A stretch of 64,000 nt of DNA from an uncultured Candidatus Rokubacteria bacterium (GTDB lineage Bacteria; Methylomirabilota; Methylomirabilia; Rokubacteriales; DASRDR01): contig CAWDVE010000019.1 of assembly GCA_963805625.1 (NCBI GenBank), positions 64,001 to 128,000 on the forward strand, read 5' to 3'. Under the pieces are notes generated by a model. That model made no database searches. It saw only the letters and a list, made by a program, of their open reading frames with translations, and was not told the DNA's origin. Below are positions 38,827 through 48,929 of this stretch, in pieces; position 1 is the stretch's first letter, and each line of letters opens with the position of its first letter. The position numbers and the translations under genes were made by a program.

Positions 38827-39252
38827 ATGCCCCAGCCTCTGTCCGCGGACATCAGGCAGTTGCTCGACCGCCCGAACTTCGCCCATCTCGCCACCCTGAT
38901 GCCCGACGGCTCGCCACAGAGCGCGCCCGTTTGGGTCGGACGCGAGGGCGACCGCATCCTCGTCTGTACCGGCGAAGGCTCACTGAAGGCGATGAACACG
39001 CGTCGCGACCCGCGGATCGCGCTCTCGATCGTCGACGTCCAAGATCCCTACATTGAGGCCCAACTCCGAGGTCGCGTCGTCGAGCGTCGTCCGGACCCCG
39101 ACCTCGCACTCATGGATCCGATCTCCCACAAGTACACCGGCAAGCCCTTCCCGTTCCGGAATCCCGAGGGACGCGTCGCGCTCGTGATTGAGATCCAGAA
39201 GGCGCGGTACGCCAAGTTGCCCTTCGAGCACACGCCGTCAAAGCGCGGCTAG
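38827..39252 (+). CDS. PPOX-class (F420-dependent-like) oxidoreductase
   Basis: AHLATLMPDGSPQSAPVW, K..N.RRDPRIALS, KYTG; RBS AAGGAG. Confidence 0.9.
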   Translation: MPQPLSADIRQLLDRPNFAHLATLMPDGSPQSAPVWVGREGDRILVCTGEGSLKAMNTRRDPRIALSIVDVQDPYIEAQLRGRVVERRPDPDLALMDPISHKYTGKPFPFRNPEGRVALVIEIQKARYAKLPFEHTPSKRG

Positions 39253-39444
39253 GCCCTCGTGCTTGTGAAGCCGGGCGTGGTCCTCACGGAAGCGGAGGTC
39301 ATCGCCTGGTGCAAAGAGGCCGTCGCGAGCTACAAGAAGCCCAAGTCGGTCGAGTTCGTGGCCGAGCTGCCGAAAGCAACTGCGGCAAGGTCCTGAAGCG
39401 GGAGCTCCGGGCACGCTACTGGGAGGGTCGACCGGCTCGTGTGA
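39253..39444 (+). pseudogene. C-terminal fragment of an AMP-binding acyl-CoA synthetase
   Basis: ALVLVKPG..LTEAEVIAWCKEAVASYKKPKSVEFVAELPK / frameshift / GKVLKRELRARYW. Confidence 0.8.
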
Positions 39445-39492
39445 TGGCGCCTGGAGCCATGCCATGCCACGGGCGAGGGTCATGACGGGCGG

Positions 39493-39650
39493 GGGTTCGC
39501 CCGCGTCGCGACCGTTGTGGCGGTTGCTCCGTGCGACGCGTTCGAGGTGTTCACGGACGGGATGGACCTCTGGTGGAGGCGCGACCAACGCTGTCGCTTC
39601 TCGTCGGAGGTCGCCCCTCGGGTTCGAAGGTCAGGTGCAGCGGACGCCTG
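39493..39650 (+). pseudogene. N-terminal fragment of an SRPBCC/AHSA1-like protein
   Basis: Manual translation ARVATVVAVAPCDAFEVFTDGMDLWWRRD. Confidence 0.55.
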
Positions 39651-39944
39651 ATCGAGAGGTTTGATGACCGCCATGCGTGCTAAATCGGGCGAGATCCTTC
39701 GAGGAGCCCACCCGGACGGCCGCCGCGGCTCGCCAGGTCACCTCGGTATGCACCGGGTCTTTCCCGTACGCCAAGGCCGGCCTCCTCCGCGGTCGCCACG
39801 CCCCCGCCCACTGGGGCTGGATCCAGGCCGGTGGCAGCCGCTCGGTAAAGTCCTCACCGCCTCAGTTCTCGTTGCCATCCGAGAAGAATGGAAAGGCGAA
39901 CGGAAGAGCGGCGCGTCCGCCGTATGGTACTGGCCCGCTCTTAC

Positions 39945-39978
39945 GAGGTAAGCTCCCTCTGGAGGTAAGCTCCCTCTG
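39945..39978. repeat. Perfect 17-bp tandem duplication GAGGTAAGCTCCCTCTG x2
   Basis: Seen directly. Confidence 0.9.
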
Positions 39979-40038
39979 AAGGTCTTCAATGCCTCGGGTT
40001 GGGCGTGTCAACAGGGGCCCAGATCCCCAGGGGTATCC

Positions 40039-40968
40039 TCACTCCCAGAGGCGGGTGGAGAAGTAGCGCTCCCCCAGGTCATTGAAGATCGTCACCACAC
40101 GGCCCCGCCCCTCCCGATGCGCGACGTGCTCGACGCCCACGAGATAGGCTCCTGACGACAGTCCCACGAAGAACCCGGCCCGAGCCAGTCGCCCACACAT
40201 CGCGTAGGCGCTGGCGCTGGTCACCGGAATCCGCTCGTCGATGAGACGCTCGTCAAGGATCGCCGGGACGATGTCTCCGGGGTTCCCGAGAGGCTTGAGC
40301 CCTTCGATGCCCGGAAAGACTTCTGGGATCACGGACACGACACGGATCCGCGGGTCGTGTTCTTTCAGACGCCGCCCCAGGCCGGTCAGGGTGCCGCCGG
40401 TGCCGACCCCGACCACCAGGTGGGTCATTCGGCCGTCGGTCTGATCGAGGATCTCGGCGGCGGTCGTCTCGTAGTGGGCGCGCCAGTTGTCCTCGTTGCT
40501 GTACTGATCGCAGAAAAAATACTGTTCAGGATCGGCCGCGGCGCGCCGGTGCACCTCCCGGAGGGCTTCGTCGTACCCCTGGATCGCGTCGGTGAAGATA
40601 AGCCGAGCCCCGTGGGCCAGCAGTCGCGTCTTTCGCTCGGTACTCGCATTGTCCGGGATGACGATCTCGACCGGGAAGCCGATGATCCGGCCGATCATCG
40701 CGTAGGCGATGCCGGCGTTGCCCGACGAGCTGTCCAGAATGGTCTTCCCGGGCAGGAGCTGTCCGCGAGCGACGGCGCTCAGCAGCATGCGCAACACCGG
40801 ACGATCCTTGAGCGAACCGCCCGGATTGAGCTGCTCCATCTTGGCGAACACTTCGACGTCGGGCAGGTGGTCGCGAAAGAGCGGCACCGGGACTAGAGGG
40901 GTGTTGCCCACAGCCCGCAGGACGGGGTAGCGGTCAAGCAGAGGCTGGATCGATCGATCCCAAGGCAT
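40039..40968 (-). CDS. PLP-dependent cysteine synthase family protein (CysM/CysK-like)
   Basis: VGNTPLV, NPGGSLKDR, SSGNAGI, DQYSN, GVGTGGT, SSGA, ERYFST. Confidence 0.93.
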   Translation of the reverse strand: MPWDRSIQPLLDRYPVLRAVGNTPLVPVPLFRDHLPDVEVFAKMEQLNPGGSLKDRPVLRMLLSAVARGQLLPGKTILDSSSGNAGIAYAMIGRIIGFPVEIVIPDNASTERKTRLLAHGARLIFTDAIQGYDEALREVHRRAAADPEQYFFCDQYSNEDNWRAHYETTAAEILDQTDGRMTHLVVGVGTGGTLTGLGRRLKEHDPRIRVVSVIPEVFPGIEGLKPLGNPGDIVPAILDERLIDERIPVTSASAYAMCGRLARAGFFVGLSSGAYLVGVEHVAHREGRGRVVTIFNDLGERYFSTRLWE

Positions 40969-41172
40969 GGGCGTCGACCGCCACTCAGTGTGTCGCCAGG
41001 TCAGGGTGCACCGAAAGGCCTCACGTCATGATATCAACTACCACCCGGTTCCGGGGCTCCGGCCGCGGTGCCCGCTCACGGTCGTAGCTGAATTGGCGAG
41101 CGGCCAGGGTGCCACCCGGTATTGGGCAGGCGCGTGGCCGCAGGATCCGACCCGCGAAGCGGTAGGGAGAGA

Positions 41173-41526
41173 TCAGGTGCAGCCGGTTCTGGGCGTTCCC
41201 CGCGCTTTCCTCGGCACCAGCGTGCACGCGAACGTGGCCGGCTTCGTCCGGTATTGATCGAGGAGGGCCAGAAGCGGCGCCAGCGTCCGGTCCCGCTTGG
41301 CGAGGCCGATGCCGTAGATTGACAGATCGTTCACCAGCCGCGTGTAGAAGACATGCTGGTGGTCGCCAGTGTCACGCATGCAGGACGTCGGCTTCTGCGC
41401 CACGCGCAAGAGGAGGCCGAACGCCCGGACGTACTCGCCGAGCACCGGTTCGTCACGCAGGTCCGGAGGGAACCGCGCCGCGATAGGAGGATCGAGCGTA
41501 TTGACAAGTTGGGCGTCCGGGCGCAT
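41173..41526 (-). CDS. Hypothetical protein
   Basis: ATG 41526 after AGGAGG; protein-like composition (HQHVFYTRLVNDLSIYGIG). Confidence 0.6.
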   Translation of the reverse strand: MRPDAQLVNTLDPPIAARFPPDLRDEPVLGEYVRAFGLLLRVAQKPTSCMRDTGDHQHVFYTRLVNDLSIYGIGLAKRDRTLAPLLALLDQYRTKPATFACTLVPRKARGTPRTGCT

Positions 41527-41575
41527 CGTCCTCCTGCTCCCGGCTCTCCAACACCCAAAGACGCGAGGTGACGCG

Positions 41576-42835
41576 ATGGCCACCCATTTGGACCGCCGGA
41601 AGTTTCTCAAGACCACCGCCCTGGCCGCCACAGCTGCCGCGACAACCGAGGTCCTGTTCCCCGCCATCGTGCGGGCACAGGAACCCATCCGGATCGGACA
41701 GCTCGTCCCGTTCACGGGGTTCCTCGGCGCGATCGGCGAGTACGGCAAGCAGGGCGCCACGCTCGCCGTCGAAGAGTTGAACGAGAGAGGCGGCGTGATG
41801 GGTCGGAAGCTCGAGCTCATCACAGAGGACGAGGCCAACCCGGGCGTCGCCGTGCAGAAGGCGCGTAAGCTCATCGAGAAGGATCACGTGGTCGCCATCG
41901 AGGGCCTCGTCTCTTCGGCCTCGTGCCTGGCCGTCGGCGACGAGGTCCAGCGGGCGAAGGTTCTCCTGATCAACGCCGGCGCCAACTCGGACGAGATCAG
42001 GAGCAAGCGCTGCCATCGCTACGTCTTCTCGACTGAGGGCTGCAACACGCAATACGTCAACGCAATCGGCAACTGGCTCATCAAGGAGCGAAAGGTCAGC
42101 CGCTGGTATTTCCTCACCTCCGACTACGCCTTCGGTCACGACCTCCTCCGGGTGGCGCGTGGCCTCCTCGCCGCGAACAAGGGCACCGAGGTTGGCAGTG
42201 ACCTGGCCCCGACGGGCACGACGGACTTCAGCCAGTACATCACCAAGATGAAGGCGGCCAAGCCCGACCTCGTCTTTCACAACCTGGCCGGCGCCGACGT
42301 CACGAACTTCCTCAAGCAGTACGCCGAGGCGGGGATGACGATCGAGGTCGCGGGCGGCGTCATCGATTCGGCGTACGCCTGGCCCGTCGGCGAGTCGCTG
42401 CGCGGCCACTTCCCGATCATCTGGTGGCACGAGCTCAACACGCCCGCCAGCCTCGCGTGGGCCGCGCGCTACATCAAGCGCTGGGGCCGGCCGCCCGATA
42501 ACCAGGCGTACGGGGACTACACCGCCGTGCACGCCATCGCCCAGGCGATCGACAAGGCCAAGAGCACGGAGAGCGACAAGCTCGTGACGGCGCTCGAGGG
42601 CCACACGCTGGCCGGGACGACGGACGGGCTCAAGGGCCGGCCGCTGACCTTCCGCGCGTGGGACCACCAGCTCCTGCAGCCGATGTACGTGGTCGCCGCC
42701 AGGGACAAGTCGAAGTGGAAGGACAAGTGGGACATCTTCGAGATCATCGGCGAGGTCCCGCCCCTGGGCGCTGCGCTCGAGGCCATCGCGATCCCGAAGG
42801 ACCAGAGCCAGTGCCAGCTGGAGCCGATGTCGTAG
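41576..42835 (+). CDS. Branched-chain amino acid-type ABC substrate-binding protein (Tat signal)
   Basis: DRRKFLK twin-arginine signal; IRIGQLVPFTG, DYAFG, TTDFSQY. Confidence 0.93.
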   Translation: MATHLDRRKFLKTTALAATAAATTEVLFPAIVRAQEPIRIGQLVPFTGFLGAIGEYGKQGATLAVEELNERGGVMGRKLELITEDEANPGVAVQKARKLIEKDHVVAIEGLVSSASCLAVGDEVQRAKVLLINAGANSDEIRSKRCHRYVFSTEGCNTQYVNAIGNWLIKERKVSRWYFLTSDYAFGHDLLRVARGLLAANKGTEVGSDLAPTGTTDFSQYITKMKAAKPDLVFHNLAGADVTNFLKQYAEAGMTIEVAGGVIDSAYAWPVGESLRGHFPIIWWHELNTPASLAWAARYIKRWGRPPDNQAYGDYTAVHAIAQAIDKAKSTESDKLVTALEGHTLAGTTDGLKGRPLTFRAWDHQLLQPMYVVAARDKSKWKDKWDIFEIIGEVPPLGAALEAIAIPKDQSQCQLEPMS

Positions 42836-42860
42836 CGTCTTTGGCGACGTTCGCGGCGCG

Positions 42861-43736
42861 ATGACGCCGGCGGTCCTCGCCGAGTTCCTGCTCAACGGGC
42901 TCGTGCTGGGGGCGCTCTACGTCCTGATGGCCCTGGGGCTGTCGATCATCTTCGGGATGATCGGGGTCATCAACTTCGCCCACGGCGCGCTCTTCACGCT
43001 GGGCGCCTACGCGGCGTACCAGCTGCAGGGCGCGGTGGGCTTTCCCGCCACGCTCATCATCGCGCCGATCCTCGTCGGCATCCTGGGCATGCTGATCGAG
43101 GCGACGCTGCTGCGCCGACTCTACCTCGAGGACCCGCTCCAGGGCCTGCTGCTCACGTTCGGACTGGCCATGGTCCTGGAGCAGGGGATCCGACTCGTGT
43201 GGGGGCTGTCACCCAAGCAGTTCGACGTGCCTGCCGCGTTCGCGGGCGCGCTCAACCTCGGCGCGCTGACATACTCCAGGTACCGCAGTTTCATCCTCGC
43301 CGCCACGGGCGTCCTGATCGTGGGCCTGCTGCTGTTCCTCCACAAGACGCCGATCGGGACGATCGTCCGCGCGGGAAGTCGCGACCCGATGATGGTCCGC
43401 CTCCTCGGCATCAGCCTGAAGCCGGTTCTCACGCTCGTGTTCGGGCTCGGTGTATCGATCGCGGCATTGGCCGGCGTACTCTCGGCGCCGCTCGCCGGAG
43501 TTCAGCCGGCGATGGGTGTCAACGTCGGCACGGCGGCGTTCGTCGTCGTCACCATCGGTGGGCTCGGCAGCTTCCTCGGCGCTATCATCTCAGGTCTGCT
43601 CGTGGGCCAGGTGGTCAGCCTGAGCATCTACTTCCAGCCGCGCGTGGCAGAGGCATCGATGTACGTGCTCATGGCAGTAATTCTGCTCCTGCGACCGCGT
43701 GGGCTGATGGGCGAGCGTTGGGAAAAGTTCGAGTGA
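42861..43736 (+). CDS. livH: Branched-chain amino acid ABC permease
   Basis: NGLVLGALYVLMALGLSIIFG, INFAHG, GGLGS, RPRGL. Confidence 0.93.
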   Translation: MTPAVLAEFLLNGLVLGALYVLMALGLSIIFGMIGVINFAHGALFTLGAYAAYQLQGAVGFPATLIIAPILVGILGMLIEATLLRRLYLEDPLQGLLLTFGLAMVLEQGIRLVWGLSPKQFDVPAAFAGALNLGALTYSRYRSFILAATGVLIVGLLLFLHKTPIGTIVRAGSRDPMMVRLLGISLKPVLTLVFGLGVSIAALAGVLSAPLAGVQPAMGVNVGTAAFVVVTIGGLGSFLGAIISGLLVGQVVSLSIYFQPRVAEASMYVLMAVILLLRPRGLMGERWEKFE

Positions 43737-46258
43737 TCGCCCGCGTCCTCCGCCACCCCCTGGCGTGGCTCTATGCCTGGTTCCTGATCATCCCGTTCCT
43801 GATGACCGCGGCGAAGTCGACGGTTTCGCTGGGGACGGAGATCGTGATCTTCACGCTGCTCGCCATCGCCTATAACATGTTGATGGGCTACACGGGGCTC
43901 GTCTCCTTCGGTCACAGCGCCTTCTTTGGCCTCGGGGGCTATGGGGCCGGTCTCGTGCAGCTCCACCTCGTCAAAGGTATGCTCGTCCCGCTGGTGGCCG
44001 GCGTCGTCGTCGCCACGCTGGCGGGGGCGGTGATCGGCTTCCTTCTGATGCGCAAGCGCGGCGTCTACTTCTCGCTTCTCACGCTCGCCTTTACCCAGAT
44101 GTTCTTCTATGTCGTCTACGGCGCGACCACCGTGACGGGCGGAGAGAACGGCCTCGGCGGCATCGAGCGCTTCCCCGTCGGCGTGGGCAGGCTCAGACTG
44201 GACCTTGGCGACCGGCGCGTCTACTACTACGCCACGGCGGTCGTGGTCGCCGTTGCCATCTGGCTGCTCTGGCGTGTCGTCCACTCACCCTTCGGGCGCG
44301 TGCTGCAGGCGATCCGCGAGAACGAGCAGCGCGCCAGCTTCGTCGGGTACGATGTCAAACGCTACAAGCTCGTCGCCTTCGTCGTCTCGTGCGCGTTCGT
44401 GGGGCTGGCGGGCGCCCTCTACACGTTCTTGTTGAACTTCGCCTACCCGGAGTCCCTGCACGTCACGATGGCGGGGGAGATCGCCGCGATGACCCTGGTC
44501 GGCGGCATGCGGAGCTTCGTCGGCCCGGCAGTGGGCGCGGCGGTGTTCGTGTTCATGCGGGACGCACTGTCGTCGTGGACGGAGAACTGGCTCGTCTACT
44601 TCGGCCTGATCTTCATCGCCTTCGTCATGTTCTCGCCCAACGGCATCGTCGGGGTGTTCCAACGCCTGCTCGGAATGCGGCAGCACGTTGAGCCCGCGCC
44701 TCTGGCGGTTACTTCGGCTCCGGGGCCCGAGGTGGTGGCTCGGGCGGCGGCTTCAGCGGACGGCGGCGCTTCTGCTAATGGTGGACAGCTTCTCGACGTG
44801 GAGCGCGTGACCAAGCATTTCGGCGGCCTCGCCGCGGTGAACGGTGCATCTTTCCGAGTGCGGCGCGGCGAGCTGCGCTCGGTCATTGGCCCGAACGGCG
44901 CGGGCAAGACGACGCTATTCAACGTGCTGACCGGCCTCCTCCCGGCGGACGGCGGCGTGGCCCGCTTCAACGGCGACGCCATCACCGGGCTGCCGCCGCA
45001 TCAGGTGGTGGCCCGCGGGGTATCGCGCTCCTTCCAGATCATCAGTGTCTTTCAGGCCCTCACCGTCTTCGAGAACGTCCGCATCGCGGTACAGGCCAAG
45101 CATCGCCAGCGCTTCGCGATGTTCGCCGACGCTCTTGGACTCGCCGACGTGAACGAGAAGGCCACCCGTCTGGTCCAGGCGGTGGGCCTCGCCGACCGTC
45201 TTGCGACCATTGCCGCCAACCTCTCCCACGGCGATCAGCGCCTCCTCGAGATCGCAATCGCGCTGGCCACCCGGCCCGAGCTGCTCCTGCTGGATGAGCC
45301 GCTGGCCGGCCTCTCCGCCTCCGACCGGACCCGCGTGGCCGAGCTGATCCGCACGCTCAGGCGCTCGACGACGATCGTCCTGATCGAACACGATATCGAC
45401 CAGGTGCTGGCGCTCTCCGACCGCATCACCGTGCTGCACCAGGGTCGCGTCATCGCCGAAGGCGGACCGGCGGAGATCCGGCAGAACCCCGAGGTGCAGA
45501 CGGCCTACCTCGGCCAGCTCAAGGTCGCGTCCGTGACGACCGTCGGCCGGAACCGCACGGCGTCAGCGCCACTGCTCAGCGTCGAAGGCGTGGACGCCTT
45601 CTACGGCAAGAGTCACGTGCTACACGGCGTATCGCTGGAGGTCTTCCCCGGCGAGGTTGTCTCCCTGCTCGGTCGCAACGGCGCCGGCAAGACGACGACG
45701 CTGGCAGCCATCACCGGCGTCGTTCCCCCGCGCCGGGGACGGATCAGATATCGCGATCTCGAGGTCGCCGGCCGGCCGCCCGAAGAGATCGCCCGGATGG
45801 GCGTCGGTCTCGTCCCGCAGGGCCGCCGGATCTTTCCGAACCTCACGCTACTCGAGAACCTCCAGATCGCGCGGCGCGGTTCCGGGACGTGGACTCTGGA
45901 GCGCGTCTTTACGACGTTCCCCAGGCTCGCCCAGCTCCGCGACGCACGCGGCGCCACGCTCTCTGGCGGCGAGCTCCAACTCCTGGCCATCGCCCGCGCC
46001 CTCATGGGGAACGTCGAGCTGCTGCTTCTCGACGAACCCTTCGAAGGCCTCGCCCCCACCATCATCGAGACCGTCTGGAACGTCCTCCACGCCATCAAGG
46101 GTGAGACCACGCTCCTGCTCGTCGAGCAGAACGCCGACCTCGCGCTGGCGTTGTCCGACCGCGCTTACGTCATCAACAATGGGTCGATCGCGTGGACAGG
46201 GGAGGCGCGGATGCTGCGGGGGGAGGAGGCGCTGCGAGTGCGGCTACTGGGGGTGTGA
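43733..46258 (+). CDS. Fused LivM permease + LivG ATPase + LivF ATPase
   Basis: GTGA overlap start; permease (GLVSFGH, TGGENG, IRENE), then two Walker A motifs (GPNGAGKTT, GRNGAGKTT) in one open frame. Confidence 0.9.
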   Translation: MIARVLRHPLAWLYAWFLIIPFLMTAAKSTVSLGTEIVIFTLLAIAYNMLMGYTGLVSFGHSAFFGLGGYGAGLVQLHLVKGMLVPLVAGVVVATLAGAVIGFLLMRKRGVYFSLLTLAFTQMFFYVVYGATTVTGGENGLGGIERFPVGVGRLRLDLGDRRVYYYATAVVVAVAIWLLWRVVHSPFGRVLQAIRENEQRASFVGYDVKRYKLVAFVVSCAFVGLAGALYTFLLNFAYPESLHVTMAGEIAAMTLVGGMRSFVGPAVGAAVFVFMRDALSSWTENWLVYFGLIFIAFVMFSPNGIVGVFQRLLGMRQHVEPAPLAVTSAPGPEVVARAAASADGGASANGGQLLDVERVTKHFGGLAAVNGASFRVRRGELRSVIGPNGAGKTTLFNVLTGLLPADGGVARFNGDAITGLPPHQVVARGVSRSFQIISVFQALTVFENVRIAVQAKHRQRFAMFADALGLADVNEKATRLVQAVGLADRLATIAANLSHGDQRLLEIAIALATRPELLLLDEPLAGLSASDRTRVAELIRTLRRSTTIVLIEHDIDQVLALSDRITVLHQGRVIAEGGPAEIRQNPEVQTAYLGQLKVASVTTVGRNRTASAPLLSVEGVDAFYGKSHVLHGVSLEVFPGEVVSLLGRNGAGKTTTLAAITGVVPPRRGRIRYRDLEVAGRPPEEIARMGVGLVPQGRRIFPNLTLLENLQIARRGSGTWTLERVFTTFPRLAQLRDARGATLSGGELQLLAIARALMGNVELLLLDEPFEGLAPTIIETVWNVLHAIKGETTLLLVEQNADLALALSDRAYVINNGSIAWTGEARMLRGEEALRVRLLGV

Positions 46259-47015
46259 GACACCCTGTGTCAACCTCCCGCGCCTTGGACAGCCAGCAGC
46301 GGTCATGATTGTCCTCCCTCGTGTCTTGCGAGCTTTCAGTTGCCGATGAAGGGATTCGGTTCTTCCACGAAGGTGGTACCCGAGAGCGCGTACTCAACAT
46401 AAAGCTTCTTCTCGGGTGGCACCCGTCGTGCCCCGAGCGTGGGCGTCCTCAGGTGAGGGTAGGGAGACGCGATCCGTCACAGAGGTCCAGGAGCCACCCG
46501 AGCCGAGCGATACACAACCACCGGCCGGCGGCCCAGGCCTCGTTCTCAGAGCCGTTCAGGTTGTCCCGGAGGAGGTAATAGGTCCGGAACTCGACGAGCA
46601 GCTCGGTGTCGCGGAGGAAGGGCGGCTGGGAGCCCAGGGACTCCTTCAGCCGCGGGAGGAACGTCTTACGCCCCGCTGCTGTCCGTTGCCTGAGATCCAA
46701 GAAAGAAAGCGCGGCATGAACGGGTTGGCTCAAGGCTGGCCTCTGGCCCACGTGAAGTCGCTGCGTCACAGCGACGCACCACGGCCGTCTTGTCGCTCGG
46801 GCGTCTCGCGGCACGGCGGCTCGCCAGTCAGCGGCAACTGGGTGAGATGTAAGGTCTTGTACTCGGTCGCGCCGATGTCGGCTCGATCGCAGGGCGGGTG
46901 CCGAGCCGGCTGGCTTCGCTCTTGCTTTCCCGTATGTTCTACGGTTCAACGGCCCTGGACATGACCGAAGCCGGTTCCGTCGACAGGGTGGTCTGGGGGC
47001 CGAGGAGGTGCCCGC

Positions 47016-48488
47016 ATGGCCAGAAGCGCCACGAGATCGGCCACCGCCGTCGGTTCGCGGGATCGACGGTCACCGGCGAGGGCGAAGGGACGCGCCCTGA
47101 TCAGCGTCAACCCCGCGACCGGCGAGACGCTCGCGACCTACGAGCCGCTGGATGACGCCCAGGTCGAGGGTAAGCTCGCGAAGGCCGCGGCGGCCTTCCG
47201 TGACCATCGCCAGACATCGTTCGCCGAGCGGGCGCGGCTCCTGACCCGCGTCGCAGACATCCTCGACGAGGAGCGCGAAGCGCTCGGGCGGCTCATGACG
47301 CTCGAGATGGGCAAGCCCACACGCGGGGCCACCGAGGAAGCCGCCAAGTGCGCGTGGGCATGCCGCTTTTACGCCGAGCATGCCGAGGCGATGCTGGCCG
47401 ACGAGCCGGTCCAGACGAACGCGACGAAAAGCTTCATCCGCTACCAGCCGATGGGGCCGGTGCTCGCGATCATGCCGTGGAACTTTCCCTTCTGGCAGGT
47501 CTTCCGCTTTGCCGCCCCGGCACTGATGGCGGGCAATGTCGGCCTCCTGAAGCACGCGGCGAACGTGCCGCAGTGCGCGCTCGCGATCGAAGATGTCCTC
47601 CACCGCGCGAACGCACCCGATGGCGTGTTTCAGACCTTGCTGATCCAGAACGACCAAGTCTCTAAGGTGCTCGACGATGACCGCGTGGTGGCGGCGACGC
47701 TGACCGGCGGGGAGCGTGCCGGCCGTGCGGTGGCCGAGCGCGCGGCGACACGCCTTAAGAAGACCGTCCTCGAGCTGGGCGGCAGCGATCCGTTCATCGT
47801 CATGCCGAGCGCGGACCTCGATGAAGCGGTGCGCACTGCCGTGAAGGCGCGCATGATCAACAATGGGCAATCGTGCATCGCCGCCAAGCGCTTTATCGTG
47901 GCCGAAGCGATCGCGGACGAGTTCGAGCGGCGCTTCGTCCAGGCCGTTCAGGCGCTCCGCGTCGGCGACCCGCTCGATCCTGCCATCGACGTCGGCCCGC
48001 TCGCGACGCCGGAGATCCTGAGAGGGCTCGACGACCAGGTGAGGCGCTCGGTACGCGCGGGAGCTCGGGTGCTGACGGGCGGACGGCGCCTCGAGCGCCC
48101 GGGAAATTTCTACTTGCCGACGATCCTCCGCGACGTGACCGAGAGGGCGCCCGCCTATCACGAGGAGCTGTTTGGCCCGGTCGCCGTTCTGTTCCGTGTC
48201 CCGGACGCCGACGAGGCGCTGCGGATCGCGAACGACACGCCCTTCGGTCTAGGCTCCAGCGTGTGGACCCAGGACGTGGCGGAGCGTGACCGTTTCGTGG
48301 ACGACATCGAAGCGGGGATGGTGTTCGTCAACGGCATGGTCGCGTCCGACCCCCGGCTCCCCTTCGGCGGCGTGAAGCGGTCCGGGTATGGGCGCGAGCT
48401 CGGCGAGTACGGACCCAAGGAGTTCATGAACATCAAGACCGTCTGGATGAATGGCGACTCGCGCCGCGATCCGAGCGGGACGGAATGA
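47016..48488 (+). CDS. NAD(P)-dependent aldehyde dehydrogenase (succinate-semialdehyde dehydrogenase type)
   Basis: IMPWNFP, LELGGSDP, NNGQSC, EELFGP, PFGGVKRSG.GRE; RBS GAGGAGG. Confidence 0.94.
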   Translation: MARSATRSATAVGSRDRRSPARAKGRALISVNPATGETLATYEPLDDAQVEGKLAKAAAAFRDHRQTSFAERARLLTRVADILDEEREALGRLMTLEMGKPTRGATEEAAKCAWACRFYAEHAEAMLADEPVQTNATKSFIRYQPMGPVLAIMPWNFPFWQVFRFAAPALMAGNVGLLKHAANVPQCALAIEDVLHRANAPDGVFQTLLIQNDQVSKVLDDDRVVAATLTGGERAGRAVAERAATRLKKTVLELGGSDPFIVMPSADLDEAVRTAVKARMINNGQSCIAAKRFIVAEAIADEFERRFVQAVQALRVGDPLDPAIDVGPLATPEILRGLDDQVRRSVRAGARVLTGGRRLERPGNFYLPTILRDVTERAPAYHEELFGPVAVLFRVPDADEALRIANDTPFGLGSSVWTQDVAERDRFVDDIEAGMVFVNGMVASDPRLPFGGVKRSGYGRELGEYGPKEFMNIKTVWMNGDSRRDPSGTE

Positions 48489-48502
48489 AGGAGGACGGTG
48501 TC

Positions 48503-48817
48503 ATGGCGGACAGGATCGACGTCGAAGAGGCCCGGGACAAGGTCACGGAGGGCGAGGCCCTGCTCGTGTGCGCGTACGAGGACGATTCGAAGTGCGACCG
48601 CATCAAGCTCGAGGGGGCGATCGCTCTCACCGAGTTCCGGATGCTTGCGGAGTCGCTACCGAGGGACAAGGAGATCATCTTCTATTGTGCCTGACCCGCG
48701 GAGGCGTCGGCCGCCAGTTTGGCGGACCGTTATCGCGCGAAGGGCTTCACGCGGACGAAGGCGCTGCGGGGCGGCGTCGAGGCCTGGCAGCACGCGGGGT
48801 ATCCGATGGCTGCCTAG
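48503..48817 (+). CDS. Rhodanese-like protein, probable selenoprotein (in-frame UGA at 48692-48694, C-A-U)
   Basis: EIIFYCA-UGA-PAEASAASLADRYRAKGFTRTKALRGGVEAWQHAGYP: the rhodanese C-terminal half continues in frame after UGA; SECIS-like hairpin follows. Confidence 0.8.
48708..48729 (+). promoter_or_regulatory. Putative bacterial SECIS hairpin
   Basis: CGG-CCGCCA-GTT-TGGCGG-A-CCG; the loop G (48717) follows the UGA after 22 intervening nt. Confidence 0.6.
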
Positions 48818-48929
48818 CGACAAGAGCGCAGACGTCGGAGGATCGAGGGCTTGCCGTCCGAGGGCAGGACTTCCGCGCGGCGGCCGAGTTCACCGTGGCG
48901 GCGGGCTAAGTAGGCGAAACGGGACAACC

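Noticed and set aside
46335-46949. Minus-strand ORF pieces between the liv operon and the aldehyde dehydrogenase
   Set aside because: Partly protein-like but no recognisable motif or RBS; cannot support a call without a search.
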